Positions 59,431 through 64,000 of a stretch of DNA of 64,000 bases are shown here, in pieces. Positions within the stretch are counted from its first letter, which is position 1; each line of letters starts with the position of its first letter. The position numbers and the translations under genes were made by a program. The notes beneath the pieces are model-generated. The model did not search any database and had not been told where the DNA came from. It saw nothing but the letters and a program-made list of their open reading frames with translations. Location of the stretch: positions 7,750,001 to 7,814,000 of the forward strand of contig CM102284.1 in NCBI GenBank assembly GCA_046563655.1. Reading direction: 5' to 3'. The stretch is from Yuukianura sp. NJ FZ-2021 (Eukaryota).

Positions 59431-61164
59431 CAGAAAGCTCAGAATGACTTTTTGGGGAGTTTTGTATGAAAAAAATGAATTTTTTGACAAAAATTGAGCT
59501 TGGTTCATTTCAGATGGGCTTTCCGAGGCAAAATATCGGAGTGCAATTTTCAGTTCTCAGAAAGCTCAGAATGACTTTTTGGGGAGTTTTCAATGAAAAA
59601 AATGAATTTTTTGACAAAAATTGAGCTTGGTTCACTTCAGATGGGCTTTCCGAGGCAAAATATCGGAGTGCAATTTTCAGTTCTCAGAAAGCTCAGAATG
59701 ACTTTTTGGGGAGTTTTCAATGAAAAACATGAATTTGTTGGCAAAAATTGAGCTTGGTTCACTTCAGATGGGCGTTCAGAGACAAAATATCGGAGTGCAA
59801 TTTTCAGTTCTCAGAAAGCTCAGAATGACTTTTTAGGGAGTTTTGTATGAAAAAAATGAATTTTTTGACAAAAATTGAGCTTGGTTCACTTCAGATGGGC
59901 TTCCCGAGGCAACATATCGGAGTGCAATTTTCAGTTCTCAGAAAGCTCAGAATGACTTTTTGGGGAGTTTTGTATGAAAAACATGAATTTGTTGGCAAAA
60001 ATTGAGCTTGGTTCATTTCAGATGGGCTTTCCGAGGCAACATATCGGAGTGCAATTTTCAGTTCTCAGAAAGCTCAGAATGACTTTTTGAGGAGTTTTGT
60101 ATGAAAAAAAATGAATTTTTTGACAAAAATTGAGCTTGGTTCATTTCACATGGGCTTTCCGAGGCAACATATCGGAGTGCAATTTTCAGTTCTCAGAAAG
60201 CTCAGAATGACTTTTTGAGGAGTTTTGTATGAAAAAAATGAATTTTTTGACAAAAATTGAGCTTGGTTCACTTCAGATGGGCTTCCCGAGGCAAAATATC
60301 GGAGTGCAATTTTCAGTTCTCAGAAAGCTCAGAATGACTTTTTGGGGAGTTTTGTATGAAAAAATGAATTTTTTGACAAAAATTGAGCTTAGTTCATTTC
60401 AGATGGGCTTTCCGAGGCAACATATCGGAGTGCAATTTTCAGTTCTCAGAAAGCTCAGAATGACTTTTTGGGGAGTTTTGTATGAAAAAAAATGAATTTT
60501 TTGACAAAAATTGAGCTTGGTTCATTTCAGATGGGCTTTCCGAGGCAACATATCGGAGTGCAATTTTCAGTTCTCAGAAAGCTCAGAATGACTTTTTGGG
60601 GAATTTTGTATGAAAAACATGAATTTGTTGGCAAAAATTGAGCTTGGTTCATTTCAGATGGGCTTTCCGAGGCAACATATCGGAGTGCAATTTTCAGTTC
60701 TCAGAAAGCTCAGAATGACTTTTTGGGAGTTTTGTATGAAAAACATGAATTTTTTGACACAAATTGAGCTTGGTTTACTTCAGATGGGCTTTCCGTGGCA
60801 AAATATCGGAGTGCAATTTTCAGTACTCAGAAAGCTCAGAATGAATTTTTGGGGAGTTTTGTATGAAAAAAATGAATTTTTTGACAAAAATTGAGCTTGG
60901 TTCACTTCAGATGGGCGTTCAGAGACAAAATATCGGAGTGCAATTTTCAGTTCTCAGAAAGCTCAGAATGACTTTTTGGGGAGTTTTGAATGAAAAAAAA
61001 AAGAATTTTTTGACAAAAATTGAGCTTGGTTCACTTCAGATGGGCTTTCCGAGGCAAAATATCGGAGTGCAATTTTCAGTTCTCAGAAAGCTCAGAATGA
61101 CTTTTTGGGGAGTTTTGAATGAAAAAAATGAATTTTTTGACAAAAATTGAGCTTGGTTCATTTC

Positions 61165-62388
61165 TCCTCAAACTCCCCAAAAAGTCATTCTGAGCTTTCT
61201 GAGAACTGAAAATTGCACTCCGATATTTTGCCTCGGAAAGCCCATCTGAAGTGAACCAAGCTCAATTTTTGTCAAAAAATTCATTTTTTTTCATACAAAA
61301 CTCCCCAAAAAGTCATTCTGAGCTTTCTGAGAACTGAAAATTGCACTCCGATATTTTGTCTCTGAACGCCCATCTGAAGTGAACCAAGCTCAATTTTTGT
61401 CAAAAAATTCATTTTTTTCATACAAAACTCCCCAAAAATTCATTCTGAGCTTTCTGAGTACTGAAAATTGCACTCCGATATTTTGCCACGGAAAGCCCAT
61501 CTGAAGTAAACCAAGCTCAATTTGTGTCAAAAAATTCATGTTTTTCATTCAAAACTCCCCAAAAAGTCATTCTGAGCTTTCTGAGAACTGAAAATTGCAC
61601 TCCGATATTTTGCCTCGGAAAGCCCATCTGAAGTGAACCAAGCTCAATTTTTGTCAAAAAATTTTTTTTTTTCATTCAAAACTCCCCAAAAAGTCATTCT
61701 GAGCTTTCTGAGTACTGAAAATTGCACTCCGATATTTTGCCACGGAAAGCCCATCTGAAGTAAACCAAGCTCAATTTTTGTCAAAAAATTCATTTTTTTT
61801 CATACAAAACTCCCTAAAAAGTCATTCTGAGCTTTCTGAGAACTGAAAATTGCACACCGATATTTTGTCTCTGAACGCCCATCTGAAGTGAACCAAGCTC
61901 AATTTTTGTCAAAAAATCATTTTTTCATACAAAACTCCCCAAAAATTCATTCTGAGCTTTCTGAGTACTGAAAATTGCACTCCGATATTTTGCCACGGAA
62001 AGCCCATCTGAAGTAAACCAAGCTCAATTTGTGTCAAAAAATTCATGTTTTTCATAGAAAACTCCCAAAAAGTCATTCTGAGCTTTCTGAGAACTGAAAA
62101 TTGCACTCCGATATGTTGCCTCGGAAAGCCCATCTGAAATGAACCAAGCTCAATTTTTGCCAACAAATTCATGTTTTTCATACAAAACTCCCCAAAAAGT
62201 CATTCTGAGCTTTCTGAGAACTGAAAATTGCACTCCGATATTTTGCCTCGGAAAGCCCATCTGAAGTAAACCAAGCTCAATTTGTGTCAAAAAATTCATG
62301 TTTTTCATACAAAACTCCCAAAAAGTCATTCTGAGCTTTCTGAGAACTGAAAATTGCACTCCGATATGTTGCCTCGGAAAGCCCATCT
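61165..62388 (-). repeat. Inverted satellite block 3 (1224 bp)
   Basis: Same junctions (one A fewer at the left). About 6 monomers longer than blocks 1 and 2. Confidence 0.95.
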
Positions 62389-64000
62389 CAGAAAGCTCAG
62401 AATGACTTTTTGGGGAGTTTTGTATGAAAAACATGAATTTGTTGGCAAAAATTGAGCTTGGTTCATTTCAGATGGGCTTTCCGAGGCAACATATCGGAGT
62501 GCAATTTTCAGTTCTCAGAAAGCTCAGAATGACTTTTTGGGGAGTTTTCAATGAAAAAAATGAATTTTTTGACAAAAATTGAGCTTGGTTCACTTCAGAT
62601 GGGCTTCCCGAGGCAAAATATCGGAGTGCAATTTTCAGTTCTCAGAAAGCTCAGAATGACTTTTTGGGGAGTTTTGTATGAAAAACATGAATTTGTTGGC
62701 AAAAATTGAGCTTGGTTCACTTCAGATGGGCGTTCAGAGACAAAATATCGGAGTGCAATTTTCAGTTCTCAGAAAGCTCAGAATGACTTTTTAGGGAGTT
62801 TTGTATGAAAAAAAATGAATTTTTTGACAAAAATTGAGCTTGGTTCACTTCAGATGGGCTTCCCGAGGCAACATATCGGAGTGCAATTTTCAGTTCTCAG
62901 AAAGCTCAGAATGACTTTTTGGGGAGTTTTGTATGAAAAACATGAATTTGTTGGCAAAAATTGAGCTTGGTTCATTTCAGATGGGCTTTCCGAGGCAACA
63001 TATCGGAGTGCAATTTTCAGTTCTCAGAAAGCTCAGAATGACTTTTTGAGGAGTTTTGAATGAAAAAATGAATTTTTTGACAAAAATTGAGCTTGGTTCA
63101 CTTATGGGCTCTCCGAAGCAAAATATTGGAGTGCAATTTTCAGTTCTCAGAAAGCTCAGAATGACTTTTTGAGGAGTTTTGTATGAAAAAAATGAATTTT
63201 TTGACAAAAATTGAGCTTGGTTCACTTCAGATGGGCTTCCCGAGGCAAAATATCGGAGTGCAATTCTCAGTTCTCAGAAAGCTCAGAATGACTTTTTGGG
63301 GAGTTTTGTATGAAAAAATGAATTTTTTGACAAAAATTGAGCTTGGTTTACTTCAGATGGGCTTTCCGTGGCAAAATATCGGAGTGCAATTTTCAGTACT
63401 CAGAAAGCTCAGAATGAATTTTTGGGGAGTTTTGTATGAAAAAAATGAATTTTTTGACAAAAATTGAGCTTGGTTCACTTCAGATGGGCGTTCAGAGACA
63501 AAATATCGGAGTGCAATTTTCAGTTCTCAGAAAGCTCAGAATGACTTTTTAGGGAGTTTTGTATGAAAAAAATGAATTTTTTGACAAAAATTGAGCTTGG
63601 TTCACTTCAGATGGGCTTCCGAGGCAAAATATCGGAGTGCAATTTTCAGTTCTCAGAAAGCTCAGAATGACTTTTTGGGGAGTTTTGTATGAAAAACATG
63701 AATTTGTTGGCAAAAATTGAGCTTGGTTCATTTCAGATGGGCTTTCCGAGGCAACATATCGGAGTGCAATTTTCAGTTCTCAGAAAGCTCAGAATGACTT
63801 TTTGGGGAGTTTTCAATGAAAAAAATGAATTTTTTGACAAAAATTGAGCTTGGTTCACTTCAGATGGGCTTCCCGAGGCAAAATATCGGAGTGCAATTTT
63901 CAGTTCTCAGAAAGCTCAGAATGACTTTTTGGGGAGTTTTGTATGAAAAAATGAATTTTTTGACAAAAATTGAGCTTAGTTCATTTCAGATGGGCTTTCC

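Larger units (their letters stand above)
56869..64000 (+). repeat. ~127-bp satellite array (segment 3)
   Basis: Same monomer, running to the window end and containing two inverted blocks. Confidence 0.98.

Noticed and set aside
7-63731. Dozens of ORFs of the type MKKMNFLTKIELGS.QMGFPRQ.IGVQFSVLRKLRMTFWG
   Set aside because: They are translations of the satellite. Frames open only when the A-run gives a 126-bp monomer and break at random, so there is no coding constraint.

Overview
Eukaryotic (animal, probably arthropod; inferred from the TE types) heterochromatic or centromere-like window. About 75% is a highly homogeneous ~127-bp AT-rich satellite array with higher-order structure (11-, 10- and 23-monomer periods) and three fold-back inverted blocks that share identical junctions. 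Three insertions interrupt the array, all on the minus strand. (1) A 12.9-kb Ty3/gypsy LTR retrotransposon (3353-16254; TSD TCAG; ~585-bp LTRs) with gag, a likely -1 frameshift signal, PR-RT-RH-INT, a third Pro/Ser-rich ORF behind a splice acceptor, and two hydrophobic small ORFs upstream of gag. Its primer-binding site extends into an almost complete tRNA-Pro-like sequence. It also carries nested passengers: a tRNA-containing TRIM (Helenus-like) in the 5' LTR, and a TIR element holding a fold-back element in the leader. (2) A DINE-1/HINE-type Helentron non-autonomous element (16299-17428). (3) A complete-looking 1.3-kb poly(A) non-LTR element with a 17-bp TSD that encodes only ORF1 (55579-56868). 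No host genes are evident, and the repeated 'MKKMNFLTKIELG...' ORFs are satellite artefacts.
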